From Pseudomonadota bacterium (GTDB taxonomy: Bacteria; Desulfobacterota; Desulfobacteria; Desulfobacterales; RPRI01), in NCBI GenBank assembly GCA_043825875.1, contig JBDRRF010000096.1, positions 20,891 to 84,890 of the forward strand: DNA of 64,000 bases, given 5' to 3'. The notes beneath the pieces are model-generated. The model did not search any database and was not told the DNA's origin. It saw nothing but the letters and a program-made list of their open reading frames with translations. Made by a program: the position numbers and the translations under genes. The stretch's first letter is position 1, and each line of letters opens with the position of its first letter. Below are positions 1-10,063 of the stretch, piece after piece.

Positions 1-1
1 T

Positions 2-649
2 GCCGACTATCTTATAAAAGCTATGGGCTACCCTGAAGAGAATGTAATTATGCTTTTAAATGACCGGGCAACCAATGTTGATCTGGCAAAATACTTTGAG
101 AAATGGTTGCCGAACAATGTTGAAAAAGGCAGTACGGTTTTTGTGTATTATTCAGGACATGGAGCGCCAAATCCCAAGACCGGTGATGCCTTTCTTGTGC
201 CCTATGACGGCGATCCGTCTTTTATAAACCAAACAGGATATTCTTTGAAAAGGATGTATGAAGCTTTGGGCAAACTCCCTGCCAAAGAAATTGTTGTTGC
301 CCTGGATTCCTGCTTTTCCGGTGCGGGCGGAAGATCAGTTCTGGCTGAGGGTACGCGGCCACTGGTAATGAACCTGCAAAGTTCTTTTGCGGTATCCGGA
401 AATATTAAAATAATGGCCGCTTCTACCGGCAATCAGATCAGTTCGACCTATAAGGAAAAAGGACACGGCCTATTCACCTACTTTCTGCTTAAAGGGATTA
501 AAAATGAAGATGTAATCAAGCCGGATGGTTCAATTGTTGTAGGTGACTTGTATGATTACATCAAACCCCAAGTGGAGCGCATTGCCCGAAAGCAGTATAA
601 TAACGAGCAGACTCCCCAACTGATCCCGCCGGGAAAGATAAGGAGGTGA
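2..649 (+). CDS. Caspase-family (peptidase C14) protein, 5'-truncated by the window edge
   Basis: Frame is open from base 2 (ADYLIKAMGYPEEN...). Catalytic dyad motifs YSGHG and LDSCFSG; highly similar to the next two genes. Confidence 0.85.
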   Translation, partial: ADYLIKAMGYPEENVIMLLNDRATNVDLAKYFEKWLPNNVEKGSTVFVYYSGHGAPNPKTGDAFLVPYDGDPSFINQTGYSLKRMYEALGKLPAKEIVVALDSCFSGAGGRSVLAEGTRPLVMNLQSSFAVSGNIKIMAASTGNQISSTYKEKGHGLFTYFLLKGIKNEDVIKPDGSIVVGDLYDYIKPQVERIARKQYNNEQTPQLIPPGKIRR

Positions 650-656
650 AAACGGT

Positions 657-2021
657 ATGAAAAAAAAATTTTGCGTAATCGCCACAGTTATTTTCCTTGT
701 CACACTAACCGGATGCGGATCAGGATTGATTCAGGCAGCAAAAAAAGGAGATGTATCCACATTACAAAAACTGATGGACCAGGGCTCGGATATTAATGAA
801 AGCGCCATGGGTGTTGGGGCGATGACAGAAGGGACGCCTCTGTTTTATGCGGTATATAACTGTCATGTTGAAGCAGTTCGTTATCTGGTGAGCAAAGGAG
901 CTGATGTCGAAGCCGCCGGTTTTTTTAAGGGTGGCTTTTTTTCCGGCCGGCCATTGCATGCTGCCGTTGAGAAGGATTGCATTGAATCTGTACGGATTCT
1001 TCTGGATGCCGGGGCCGACATTGATGCAAAAGCCAATGGCATAACAGGTTCGGCCCTGGCCATTGCCGCAAGTAATAATAACGTTAAAATATTGAAATAC
1101 CTGATTTCACGGGGCGCCGATGTGGATGATGCGATCACCATGTTAAGGAAAAATGGAGCAAATAATGCCGTTGCACTGCTTGAAAAGTATGACCAACCGA
1201 CGGCAACAGCCGTAGTGACCCCTTCAAAAGCGCTTGTTGCACCAGTGGTCCGATCCGATGTTGATGTAATCCCTGATTTCAGGATTCCCCAAAGGCCAAA
1301 TGCGCTGGCTGTAGTCATCGGTGTTGAGCAGTATCGTCAAAAACTGCCCAAAGCCGATTTTGCCGCCCAGGATGCAAAAATAGTAGCCGATTATCTAGTA
1401 AAAGTTATGGGCTATCCGGAAGAAAATGTCGTTTTGCTGACAAACGACAAAGCACTGCAAAGTGATATGGCCAAATACTTTGAAAAATGGCTCGGCAATA
1501 ATGTTGAGAAAGACAGCACGGTGTTTATCTACTATTCTGGCCATGGTGCGCCTGATCCAAAAACGGGCAACGCCTATATGGTCCCTTATGACGGGGACCC
1601 ATCGTTCATTACCGAAACCGGCTATTCCTTGAAACGAATGTATGACGCTCTGGGTAAACTTCCGGCGAAGGAGATCATCGTCGCGCTGGATTCTTGCTTT
1701 TCCGGCGCGGGCGGAAGATCGGTAATAGCCAAAGGAGCCAGGCCACTGGTGATGAATCTTCAGAGCGATACGGTTTTGTCAAAAAACATGACGGTTCTAT
1801 CCGCTTCGGCGGGTGACCAGATCAGCTCCACCTATGATGACAAAGGCCACGGTCTTTTTACCTACTTCCTGCTCAAAGGCATTAAAAATGAGGATGTCGT
1901 CAATCCGGACGGTTCCATTAAAATGGATGACCTGTTCGGCTACCTCGCACCCCAGGTGGAGCGCATTGCGAGAAAGCAATACAACAACGAGCAGACGCCG
2001 CAGTTGATTGAAGCGAAATAA
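657..2021 (+). CDS. Lipoprotein with ankyrin repeats and C-terminal caspase-like (C14) domain
   Basis: Signal peptide with lipobox LTGC; ankyrin motifs (GTPLFYAV, RPLHAAV, SALAIAA, GADVE/GADID); YSGHG and LDSCFSG dyad; RBS AGGAGG upstream. Confidence 0.9.
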   Translation: MKKKFCVIATVIFLVTLTGCGSGLIQAAKKGDVSTLQKLMDQGSDINESAMGVGAMTEGTPLFYAVYNCHVEAVRYLVSKGADVEAAGFFKGGFFSGRPLHAAVEKDCIESVRILLDAGADIDAKANGITGSALAIAASNNNVKILKYLISRGADVDDAITMLRKNGANNAVALLEKYDQPTATAVVTPSKALVAPVVRSDVDVIPDFRIPQRPNALAVVIGVEQYRQKLPKADFAAQDAKIVADYLVKVMGYPEENVVLLTNDKALQSDMAKYFEKWLGNNVEKDSTVFIYYSGHGAPDPKTGNAYMVPYDGDPSFITETGYSLKRMYDALGKLPAKEIIVALDSCFSGAGGRSVIAKGARPLVMNLQSDTVLSKNMTVLSASAGDQISSTYDDKGHGLFTYFLLKGIKNEDVVNPDGSIKMDDLFGYLAPQVERIARKQYNNEQTPQLIEAK

Positions 2022-2035
2022 ACTAAGGAGCATTT

Positions 2036-3445
2036 ATGGAAAAGATTTTTGACCTGCGAGTGAAAATTATAAAAAACATAGTTTCACTCATATCAATTTT
2101 TGCGCTTTTAATGACACTGTCATCCTGCGCTACCATGACTCCGTTGGGAATAGCGGCGAAAAAAGGAGATATAAAAAAAGTGGAGGCCCTTTTAAATAAA
2201 GGGGCCGATGCGAATGGGGTTTGGCTTCCAGGTCTTTCACCATTGCATGAAGCTGTGTTTAATAATGCTTCTTTAGATATAATCCGTCTTCTGATTGATA
2301 AAGGAGCTGATGTAAACAAACAAAGTTGTGGAGATGGGTGGGCGCCTGAGTGTAACTGTACTCGCCCTTTAAATATTGCAGCTTGTAAAGGTAATATCAA
2401 TGTGGTGAAACTTCTGATTGACCGGGGCGCTGAAATTGATGCCGGAGACATGGGGGGATATACGCCGCTTGCGCAGGCAGCATCCGCAGGCCAGAGTGCG
2501 GCTGTAAGGCTGTTAATTGAAAATGGCGCGGACACAGATAATACCAAAGGATTTCTTATATCGAGACAGGCAGACTCTGCTGTCCGGGTTATTGAAATGT
2601 CAGAAAAAAACATTGGTAATAAAAAGGTTCCAATTTCATTACATAAAGAAATCCTTTCTACGGTCGTCAAATCCGATGTTGATGAACTGCCATTGTTTAA
2701 GGTTCAGAAAAATAAGAACGCCTATGCCATAGTCATCGGCATTGAAAATTATCGTAAGGAATTGCCCAAGGCCGACTTTGCGTCACATGATGCCAGGCTT
2801 GTTACCGACTATCTAATAAAGACAATGGGCTATCCGGAAGAAAATGTCATCACGTTATTAAATGATAGAGCATTAAAAAGTGATTTTGAAAAGTATTTTG
2901 AAAAATGGCTTTCCAATAATGTGGAAAAGGACAGCACGGTTTTTATATATTATTCCGGCCATGGCGCGCCCGAGCCTCAGTCCGGCAACGCATATCTTGT
3001 ACCCTATGACGGCGACCCGTCCTTTCTCGGCCAGACAGGGTACTCTCTTAAACGAATGTACGATGCCCTCGGAAAACTTCCGGCGAAAGAGATCATCGTC
3101 GCCCTGGATTCATGCTTTTCCGGGGCTGGTGGCAGGTCAGTGCTTGCCAAGGGAGCCAGGCCCCTGGTAATGAATCTTCAGAACGATACGCTTCCGTCAA
3201 AAAACATGACGGTTCTATCCGCTTCGGCGGGTGACCAGATCAGCTCCACCTATGATGATAAAGGCCACGGTCTTTTTACCTACTTCCTGCTCAAAGGCAT
3301 TAAAAATGAGGATGTCATCAATCCAGACGGTTCCATTAAAATGGACGACCTATTCGGTTATATCAAACCACAGGTGGAACGTATTGCCCGGAAGCAATTT
3401 AATAATGAACAAACCCCTCAGTTGCTCGGTGCGAAAAAGAATTAG
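2036..3445 (+). CDS. Lipoprotein with ankyrin repeats and C-terminal caspase-like (C14) domain
   Basis: Lipobox LSSC; ankyrin motifs (TPLGIAA, SPLHEAV, RPLNIAA, YTPLAQAA); YSGHG and LDSCFSG; RBS AAGGAG. Confidence 0.9.
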   Translation: MEKIFDLRVKIIKNIVSLISIFALLMTLSSCATMTPLGIAAKKGDIKKVEALLNKGADANGVWLPGLSPLHEAVFNNASLDIIRLLIDKGADVNKQSCGDGWAPECNCTRPLNIAACKGNINVVKLLIDRGAEIDAGDMGGYTPLAQAASAGQSAAVRLLIENGADTDNTKGFLISRQADSAVRVIEMSEKNIGNKKVPISLHKEILSTVVKSDVDELPLFKVQKNKNAYAIVIGIENYRKELPKADFASHDARLVTDYLIKTMGYPEENVITLLNDRALKSDFEKYFEKWLSNNVEKDSTVFIYYSGHGAPEPQSGNAYLVPYDGDPSFLGQTGYSLKRMYDALGKLPAKEIIVALDSCFSGAGGRSVLAKGARPLVMNLQNDTLPSKNMTVLSASAGDQISSTYDDKGHGLFTYFLLKGIKNEDVINPDGSIKMDDLFGYIKPQVERIARKQFNNEQTPQLLGAKKN

Positions 3446-3485
3446 GGGCCAATTACTTTTTAGAAAAGTCCATCAGGAGGAAGGC

Positions 3486-4307
3486 TTGAAAAATATATCT
3501 TTATACGTTTTCATTTTTGTAATGCTTTTAGCGCATGCAGCATTTGCTGCTGAAAACCCCTTATGGATTGAAGCGGAAGGCGAGGCATATCTCGGTATTT
3601 ACGACACACCCAAAGAGATTATAGAAAGAGCGAAACGGGACGCGCAGAGCAAGGCCATAGAACAGGGTGTCGGCGTTTTTATAAAGTCACATACCCTTGT
3701 TTCAAACAGTCAGCTTGTGGATGACCTGATTTTTGCGGCGGTCCGGGGTAGTATTGAAAAAGTAGATATTATTAAAGAAGGCTGGGATGTAAACGACAGG
3801 AATCTATACAAAGTAAAATTGAAAGCTTTGATAAAGCCGGTTTATCCTGAAAAAGGAGAAGGGCTTTCCGTCAGGCTCCATCTTTCCAAAACAGATTTAA
3901 AAGAAGGAGATGAAGTTCAGATTTTTTATCAGGTAAGCAAAGATAGCTATGTCTATATTTTTTCAATTGCTGCCGATGGTTCTGTAACGCTTCTTTTCCC
4001 CAATTCCAACACACCGGAAAATTTTGTAATGGCAGGAAAACCCTGCCGGTTCCCACCGGCAGATAGTGGCATACATTTAAAGGCTATGTTTTTACCAGAC
4101 TTTAAAGATGTTTTGGCGGAAGAAAGAATAAAGATTATTGCCACCAGACACAAAGAAGACTTACTTTCACTTGGCTTCCGGGAAGGTATCTTTCAGGTTT
4201 ATGATGCAAAATCAACAGGCATGATAAGCGATCTTGTGCGACGCCTCAACCGGATAGAACCGTCAGACTGGACGGAAACTACAGCAATTTATTATTTAAG
4301 AAAATAG
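3486..4307 (+). CDS. Secreted protein with probable C-terminal DUF4384 domain
   Basis: TTG start at 3486 after AGGAGG (the ORF-track start at 3231 overlaps the caspase gene). Signal peptide ending AFA-A; motif LKEGDEVQI...SYVYIFSIAADGSVTLLFPN resembles DUF4384. Confidence 0.7.
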   Translation: MKNISLYVFIFVMLLAHAAFAAENPLWIEAEGEAYLGIYDTPKEIIERAKRDAQSKAIEQGVGVFIKSHTLVSNSQLVDDLIFAAVRGSIEKVDIIKEGWDVNDRNLYKVKLKALIKPVYPEKGEGLSVRLHLSKTDLKEGDEVQIFYQVSKDSYVYIFSIAADGSVTLLFPNSNTPENFVMAGKPCRFPPADSGIHLKAMFLPDFKDVLAEERIKIIATRHKEDLLSLGFREGIFQVYDAKSTGMISDLVRRLNRIEPSDWTETTAIYYLRK

Positions 4308-4510
4308 TTTGTACCCGATATGTCTTCCGGCTGATTTTTTTATAATATTTTCAGGTGACAATTGTCATTAGATAATGATACAGGAAACTAACCATTTTGT
4401 AAAAGTTGTCTTTGAGCTTAAGCGATAGCTCAAAACGCCCAGAGGTTTACGCTCGTGCCGGGCAGCTGGACTTTTTAATATTTAAAATTTCATAAAAGGT
4501 TTTCTGCTAA

Positions 4511-5788
4511 ATGCTATTCCCACACTCAAATAACCTTTCCTTCAGTGTTGAAAAGCAAAGCCCCATTACCATCACAAAAGCAAGCTTTCCACTTCGCTAT
4601 GGAAGATATTCTGAAATTAAAACATCCGAATGCGAATTTATTTTTAATTTAAATGGTGAAATAAAGTTTGTCAGGGGTCTGAATACAAACTGGCCTCATC
4701 CGGCCGAGCAGCTCAAACGGACGGATGGCAATGACTGGTTATATTATACGGTAGGTGATGTTGGCGGCGAAAAAGGAATTATCTCATGGGTGGGTGAATA
4801 CTACCTGCCTTGTCTTCCTTATCCCAGCAACGCAGTTTGGGAAGTAAACTACTACAAAGATGCCAATATTATGAATGCATTTGCAGCCTGGTCTCAATTA
4901 TATGCAAATCTTTATGGTATGAAAAAAGATGGCCTGCATTCAAGGATAAAAGACCTGATAAATCTTATTTTACAGAATCATGACGGCGTGCTATATGAAC
5001 GATCTCAGAAATTAAATTCAATCATAGGCGAGCGGGTGTCAGTTCTTCCGCCAGATACACGTCATGTCGATTACGAGGTCATTCCAATAATGATAGCAGA
5101 CGGTTGTCTTTATCACTGCGATTTTTGTTGCGTTAAATCCGCCCGGAAATTTCAGCCACGATCTAAAGATAATATCATAGATCAGATTCAACAGCTCAAA
5201 GCTCACTATGGGCGCAATATAGAAAATTATAATGCTCTGTTTTTAGGCAATCATGATGCACTTGCAGCCGGAGAAGAATTAATATGTTTTACAGCATCTG
5301 AAGCGTTCAAAGCTTTTTACTTAAAAGTTGCGCACAGTTCAACTCCATTTCTATATTTGTTTGGAAGTGTTGATTCCCTGCTTAATTCTAAAAATAATTT
5401 ATTTGATAAACTCAACCAACTTCCTTATTATACCTATATTAACATTGGATTCGAATCTATAGACACACCAACTTTGAAGCTCATTCAAAAACCGGTTGAT
5501 ACAGCAAAAGTTCAAGACGCTTTTCATAAAATGATAGAAGTGAATGCCAATTATTCAAACATCGAGATTACGGGCAATTTTCTAATAGGCGAACAGCTTT
5601 TGCCCGAGCACTATCAATCCCTGGCTGAATTACTCCAGACTACTTCAGATAACACACTTAAAAAAGGGGCTATTTATCTTTCTCCGTTAAAGGACAGCCC
5701 TAAAAAGCGTGAATTGTTACCACAGTTTTTCGAAATAAAAAATCAGAGCCAATTGCCGGTATATGTATATTTAATTCAGAGGCTATGA
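4511..5788 (+). CDS. Radical SAM protein with uncharacterised N-terminal domain
   Basis: CxxxCxxC motif CLYHCDFC; INIGFES motif. Confidence 0.8.
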   Translation: MLFPHSNNLSFSVEKQSPITITKASFPLRYGRYSEIKTSECEFIFNLNGEIKFVRGLNTNWPHPAEQLKRTDGNDWLYYTVGDVGGEKGIISWVGEYYLPCLPYPSNAVWEVNYYKDANIMNAFAAWSQLYANLYGMKKDGLHSRIKDLINLILQNHDGVLYERSQKLNSIIGERVSVLPPDTRHVDYEVIPIMIADGCLYHCDFCCVKSARKFQPRSKDNIIDQIQQLKAHYGRNIENYNALFLGNHDALAAGEELICFTASEAFKAFYLKVAHSSTPFLYLFGSVDSLLNSKNNLFDKLNQLPYYTYINIGFESIDTPTLKLIQKPVDTAKVQDAFHKMIEVNANYSNIEITGNFLIGEQLLPEHYQSLAELLQTTSDNTLKKGAIYLSPLKDSPKKRELLPQFFEIKNQSQLPVYVYLIQRL

Positions 5789-5934
5789 TAAAATAGGCAC
5801 GCTCAAATAGTTATATAACTTTTATGTAGGTTTTGCTTGGGTCTGAAGAATAATTGATTTTTGATTAAGACGTGGAAATCATTGTAGATATAGTTAATAA
5901 TTTCAAGAAATTAATTAAGAGATAAAAGGCTTTA

Positions 5935-6849
5935 ATGTATTTCTGGAATATATATAAGTTAAAAAAAGAACTGGCTATATCAGGATTAAACAGGCAGAAA
6001 GTTTGGCTCTATTTGCTGGCAATTTTAATTGTCCAAATTGTGCCGGGCTTTTTTATTGATGAAAAACCCGGTTTCTGGGATACTTTTGAAGGAGCAACTT
6101 TCTTTGTGCTTCTGATATCAGGTACAATATATTGTTATAAAGCAAATGGAGGGCCTAACAGAAAAAAGTTTTGGGAACGATATATTTCTTTAGCCTGGGT
6201 TTTTGGAATTCGCTATACTTGTATTATGATGATACCAATTATCATACTCTATATGATATTGCATATAGCCATTCCTGGTTCTGTAGAAGTAACTACTTGG
6301 TATGATATAGCTATTACATCTTTTTGGGGAGTATTGTTTTACTATTTGCTTGCAGAGCACATCAGAAATGTTTCACAAAATAAAATTGATAAAGACAGCA
6401 GGTTGTATAAATGGCTAAAAAACCAGCTGCCAAAAGAAAATTTTGAGCCATTAGATCCATCCCAATATCCGGACATTCTCACAAGATATCTTGCAACAAC
6501 TATAGACGGTGTTTTTATTGTTTTGTCATTTATTGGAATATCATATCTTTTTCAGGGCAATGAAATGCTTTCTATATCGGTAAGACTTACTGTTATTTTT
6601 TTACTGCTATTTATATATGAACCAATTTTTACCAGCAAATTATGTACTTTGGGCCAAAAAGTTATGAAAATACGAGTCAGATCGATTCAGGAGCTTAAGA
6701 ATATTCCCTTGCACACAGCTTATATTCGTATTCTAATTAAACTGGTATTGGGAATAATCTCCTTTTTTACTATTCCTTTTACAAAGAATAAAAGGGGGGT
6801 TCATGATTTAGCGGCTGGATCAGTCGTTATATATGCTAACATAAGTTAA
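5935..6849 (+). CDS. Membrane protein with C-terminal RDD domain
   Basis: RYLATTID, TLGQKVMKIRV and KRGVHDLAAGSVV are RDD motifs; the N-terminal half has several hydrophobic helices. Confidence 0.75.
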   Translation: MYFWNIYKLKKELAISGLNRQKVWLYLLAILIVQIVPGFFIDEKPGFWDTFEGATFFVLLISGTIYCYKANGGPNRKKFWERYISLAWVFGIRYTCIMMIPIIILYMILHIAIPGSVEVTTWYDIAITSFWGVLFYYLLAEHIRNVSQNKIDKDSRLYKWLKNQLPKENFEPLDPSQYPDILTRYLATTIDGVFIVLSFIGISYLFQGNEMLSISVRLTVIFLLLFIYEPIFTSKLCTLGQKVMKIRVRSIQELKNIPLHTAYIRILIKLVLGIISFFTIPFTKNKRGVHDLAAGSVVIYANIS

Positions 6850-6965
6850 ACTTCTTAACCCTTTTCTTAAGCGAATTTGCTTTTATCGCCGGTGAGAAGT
6901 TATGTGCCAAATACAAGTAAAACATGCAGTAATTAATCAGAAATATACAACTAAAGGAGCTAAAA

Positions 6966-7292
6966 ATGGCAGAAGCAAAAGGATTGATGAAACCGGTAAA
7001 GTTAAAAAGTGAGCTGGCAGCGTTTCTTGGAGCAACAGAGCTTCCCAGGACAGAGATTACCAAAAAACTATGGGACTACATAAAAGCAAACAAACTTCAG
7101 ACAAAGACTGAAAACGGAAAGCCGGAAAACGCAGGCAAGTTCATTGTCGCTGATGCTAAGCTGCTTTCGATCTTTAAAAACACAAATTCCAAAAGCAAAT
7201 CAGGCAAGCTAACTGACCTTACAAAGATGAAAGAAGGCCAGACAATCAATATGATGCAGATGGCCTCAGTTGTCAGCGCAAACATAGAATAA
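6966..7292 (+). CDS. SWIB/MDM2-domain protein
   Basis: MKPVKLKSELAAFLG...PRTEITKKLWDYIKANKLQ...INMMQM matches bacterial SWIB proteins; RBS AAGGAG. Confidence 0.85.
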   Translation: MAEAKGLMKPVKLKSELAAFLGATELPRTEITKKLWDYIKANKLQTKTENGKPENAGKFIVADAKLLSIFKNTNSKSKSGKLTDLTKMKEGQTINMMQMASVVSANIE

Positions 7293-7341
7293 GCTTAAAA
7301 TATAGCATAACAAATGGAGCGCATCTTAAATTTTAACTGTA

Positions 7342-7505
7342 AAGCCACTTTCAAAACGTTTCGGTTTGGTCAAGCTCAAGGCGGGAGAATATTTCAACCG
7401 CAGGAATACATTAAGTATTTCGTGGATAGCGCTAAAGCTTCACTTCGTGCTAAATTTGAGCCCAACGCAGAGATCGGCCAAAATGGGGCGTTTTGAAACT
7501 GGCTC
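7342..7505 (+). mobile_element. MITE copy 1 (164 bp, carries the 22-23 nt insert)
   Basis: Imperfect 17-bp terminal inverted repeats (G/A)AGCCACTTTCAAAACG...CGTTTTGAAACTGGCTC; TGTA on both flanks. Confidence 0.85.
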
Positions 7506-7652
7506 TGTATCATACAATTAAGATTTAAGGTGCAAATCTAAAGCTATTTAGAAAAATACTATTGCTCAATAGAAGACTTGTTCCAATCTTTCCCTGTTGA
7601 CTTTCAAGGTAACCTCATTTGGAATTAATGGTTTTGTACAAACACCCTAAGC

Positions 7653-7757
7653 CGTCATACCGGACTTGATCCGGTATCCAATTACTGGATAGCGCTAATG
7701 GTTAGCGCTTATGCTTCACTACGTGTCACTTCGTGCCCTGCCTTCGCAGGAATGACG
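7653..7757. repeat. REP-like inverted doublet (CGTCAT..ATCCA / TGGAT..ATGACG) interrupted by nested micro-insertions
   Basis: Left arm CGTCATACCGGACTTGATCCGGTATCCA; right arm TGGAT[46 nt]CCTGCCTTCGCAGGAATGACG. Each arm is itself a hairpin. Confidence 0.7.
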
Positions 7758-7855
7758 AAAGCAGTTTTTGAGGTTTTTAATTTTCTCAAAAAACTTAAAT
7801 ATTAATCAAATAGAGTATAGGAAAAGTTCAAGATATTATATTCGAAAGGATATTT

Positions 7856-8506
7856 ATGAAATCAAAACAGACAACTATTGTTCTTTATGCACTTTTTATA
7901 ATACTTTGCTTAGTGGGTTGTGAAAACAATGCTCAAAAAGCAATAGATTTTGGTAAATATGAATCGGGAGTATATACTAACACTTATTTCAAACTAAAAG
8001 TTAAAGTGCCTGATTCTTGGTATGTAATGGATGATGAGTCGCGTATAGAACTTACCAGAAAAGGTGGCAAACTTGTTGCCGGCAAGGATAAAAATTTAAA
8101 TGCGGTTTTGGAAGCAGCGGATTTAAATAGCGTAAATCTTTTATTCGCATCAGAACATCCGCCAGGCGCTCCAGTAGCCTCCAACCCATCTTTGATGTTA
8201 ATCGCAGAAAAGGTAAAGCATGTGCCAGGTATCGTTCGGGGAAAAGACTACCATTTTCATACAAAAAAGATGCTGGCTGGTAGTGCAGTAGAAGTATCAT
8301 ACCCTAAAGAAATATACGAGGAACAGATAGATAACATCTCTTTTGATGTACTTGAAATCCAAATAATTATGGGTGAAAATACTATACTCCAAAAACAGTA
8401 CGTGACAATAATGAATGGGTATGCTGTGTTATTTGGATTGACTTATACAGACGATGATGGTCTTAAAAAGCTTGATGAAATTATTAGTGCTATTGACTTT
8501 TACTAG
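7856..8506 (+). CDS. Hypothetical lipoprotein
   Basis: Lipobox LVGC after a hydrophobic stretch; 216-aa ORF with RBS AAGGA. Confidence 0.7.
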   Translation: MKSKQTTIVLYALFIILCLVGCENNAQKAIDFGKYESGVYTNTYFKLKVKVPDSWYVMDDESRIELTRKGGKLVAGKDKNLNAVLEAADLNSVNLLFASEHPPGAPVASNPSLMLIAEKVKHVPGIVRGKDYHFHTKKMLAGSAVEVSYPKEIYEEQIDNISFDVLEIQIIMGENTILQKQYVTIMNGYAVLFGLTYTDDDGLKKLDEIISAIDFY

Positions 8507-8579
8507 TAGCTTAATAACTTTTCTACCCTGCTGGTGAATTTTTGCAGATATAAATCGCGGTTATAATTTTTAAGTATTG

Positions 8580-8722
8580 GAGCCAGTTTCAAAACGCCCC
8601 ATTTTGGCCGATCTTAAGCGTTGGGCTCAAATTTCAATCCTCGGAATACTCAATGTATTCCTGCGGTTGTAATTTTCGCCCGCCTTGAGCTTGACCAAAC
8701 TGAAACGTTTTGAAAGTGGCTC
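8580..8722 (-). mobile_element. MITE copy 2 (143 bp, inverted orientation)
   Basis: Reverse complement of the other copies; ATTG on both flanks. Confidence 0.9.
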
Positions 8723-8775
8723 ATTGTGGTTACTATTTTCATTCGGTTTTCTCCGGTAATAGATACAGGATTAAA

Positions 8776-9996
8776 ATGATTAAATTAACGCATAATTGGT
8801 TTCGTTGGTCAGTTGTCTTCGCGTTTCTTTTGGTTACGGCCGGCTCAGTGCTTGCGATTGGCTTATCAAATATGGAGACATCCGTATCTCTTGAATATAC
8901 CCGCTCAGATGTTGTACTACTGATAGTATATATGCTGATGGCTTTGTTTTTCTCTTTTCTGTGCTCTGTGGCAGAAGCAGTTCTTTTGAGCATAACACCT
9001 TCTTATATTGCCGGTTTACGAGAGAGTAAACCAAAACTTGCAACTCTGCTTCATCGGTTGAAGCAGGAGAAGGTGGACCAATCGCTTGCAGCCATACTAA
9101 CCTTAAACACCATCGCCCATACGGTTGGGGCGATTGGCTCCGGAGCTAAAGCTACGATCATATTCGGAAGTACCTGGTTCGGCCTGTTTTCTGCAATTAT
9201 GACATTGATGATCCTGTTTCTTTCCGAAATTATTCCAAAAACTATAGGCGCTGTCTTCTGGCGAAAACTTGTACTTCCAACTGCGATCTTTGTGCGTAGT
9301 CTGATTTCGGCTCTTTTCCCACTGATTTGGTTTTCTGAAAAATTAACCAAACTGATAGCGCCTGAAAAGAGCCCGCATATGTTCAGCCGGGATGAATTTG
9401 TCGCCATGGCGGGCATCGGAGAAAAATCCGGACACATCAAAGAAAGCGAATCGAGGATCATCCGCAATCTATTCCGATTTGAATCAATCAAAGCAAAAGA
9501 TATTATGACGCCACGTACCGTGATTGTTGCGTTTCGGCAGGATATGACGGTTGCGGAAGCGCTGGAAGTTAAATCGCATACCCCTTTCTCGCGCTTGTTG
9601 CTGTACCGAAGTAATATTGATGATGTTACCGGTTTTATCCTGAAATCCGACATGCTGCTATCCATGGCGCAAGATCAAAGTGAAACAAAACTCGATGCCT
9701 TAAAGCGGGATATTATGACCGTTTCTGGTGAGATGTCATTATCCGGTCTGTTGGAATTCCTGCTCGATCATCGTCAGCACATAGCGCTGGTCGTTAATGA
9801 ATTCGGGGGAACTAAGGGTTTGGTGACGTTTGAGGATGTGGTAGAAACACTGTTAGGGATGGAAATTATAGATGAGATGGACAAGGTAGAAGACATGCAA
9901 GCCATGGCAAGGCTGCAATGGGCAAAACGCGCCAAGGCACTCGGCCTGGAAGTTGATACTTTGAACAAGAAAGAGGCCGGACCAAATACTCCATGA
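8776..9996 (+). CDS. CNNM/hemolysin-family membrane protein (DUF21 plus CBS pair)
   Basis: SFLCSVAEAVLLS, SEIIPKTIG, DIMTPR and VVNEFGGTKGLVTFEDVVE motifs. ATG 8776 is preferred because the TTG at 8710 lies inside the MITE. Confidence 0.88.
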   Translation: MIKLTHNWFRWSVVFAFLLVTAGSVLAIGLSNMETSVSLEYTRSDVVLLIVYMLMALFFSFLCSVAEAVLLSITPSYIAGLRESKPKLATLLHRLKQEKVDQSLAAILTLNTIAHTVGAIGSGAKATIIFGSTWFGLFSAIMTLMILFLSEIIPKTIGAVFWRKLVLPTAIFVRSLISALFPLIWFSEKLTKLIAPEKSPHMFSRDEFVAMAGIGEKSGHIKESESRIIRNLFRFESIKAKDIMTPRTVIVAFRQDMTVAEALEVKSHTPFSRLLLYRSNIDDVTGFILKSDMLLSMAQDQSETKLDALKRDIMTVSGEMSLSGLLEFLLDHRQHIALVVNEFGGTKGLVTFEDVVETLLGMEIIDEMDKVEDMQAMARLQWAKRAKALGLEVDTLNKKEAGPNTP

Positions 9997-10063
9997 AAAT
10001 ATAAATGCGCACTCTTCATATTTTAATATTTTATATTAAGCACCTTTACGGAGGGACAAGACT

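Noticed and set aside
4395..4480. Degenerate inverted-repeat element (AAAAGTT...GGACTTTTT with TTTGAGCT/AGCTCAAA hairpin)
   Set aside because: Single copy and too degenerate to assign as a MITE, terminator or ncRNA.
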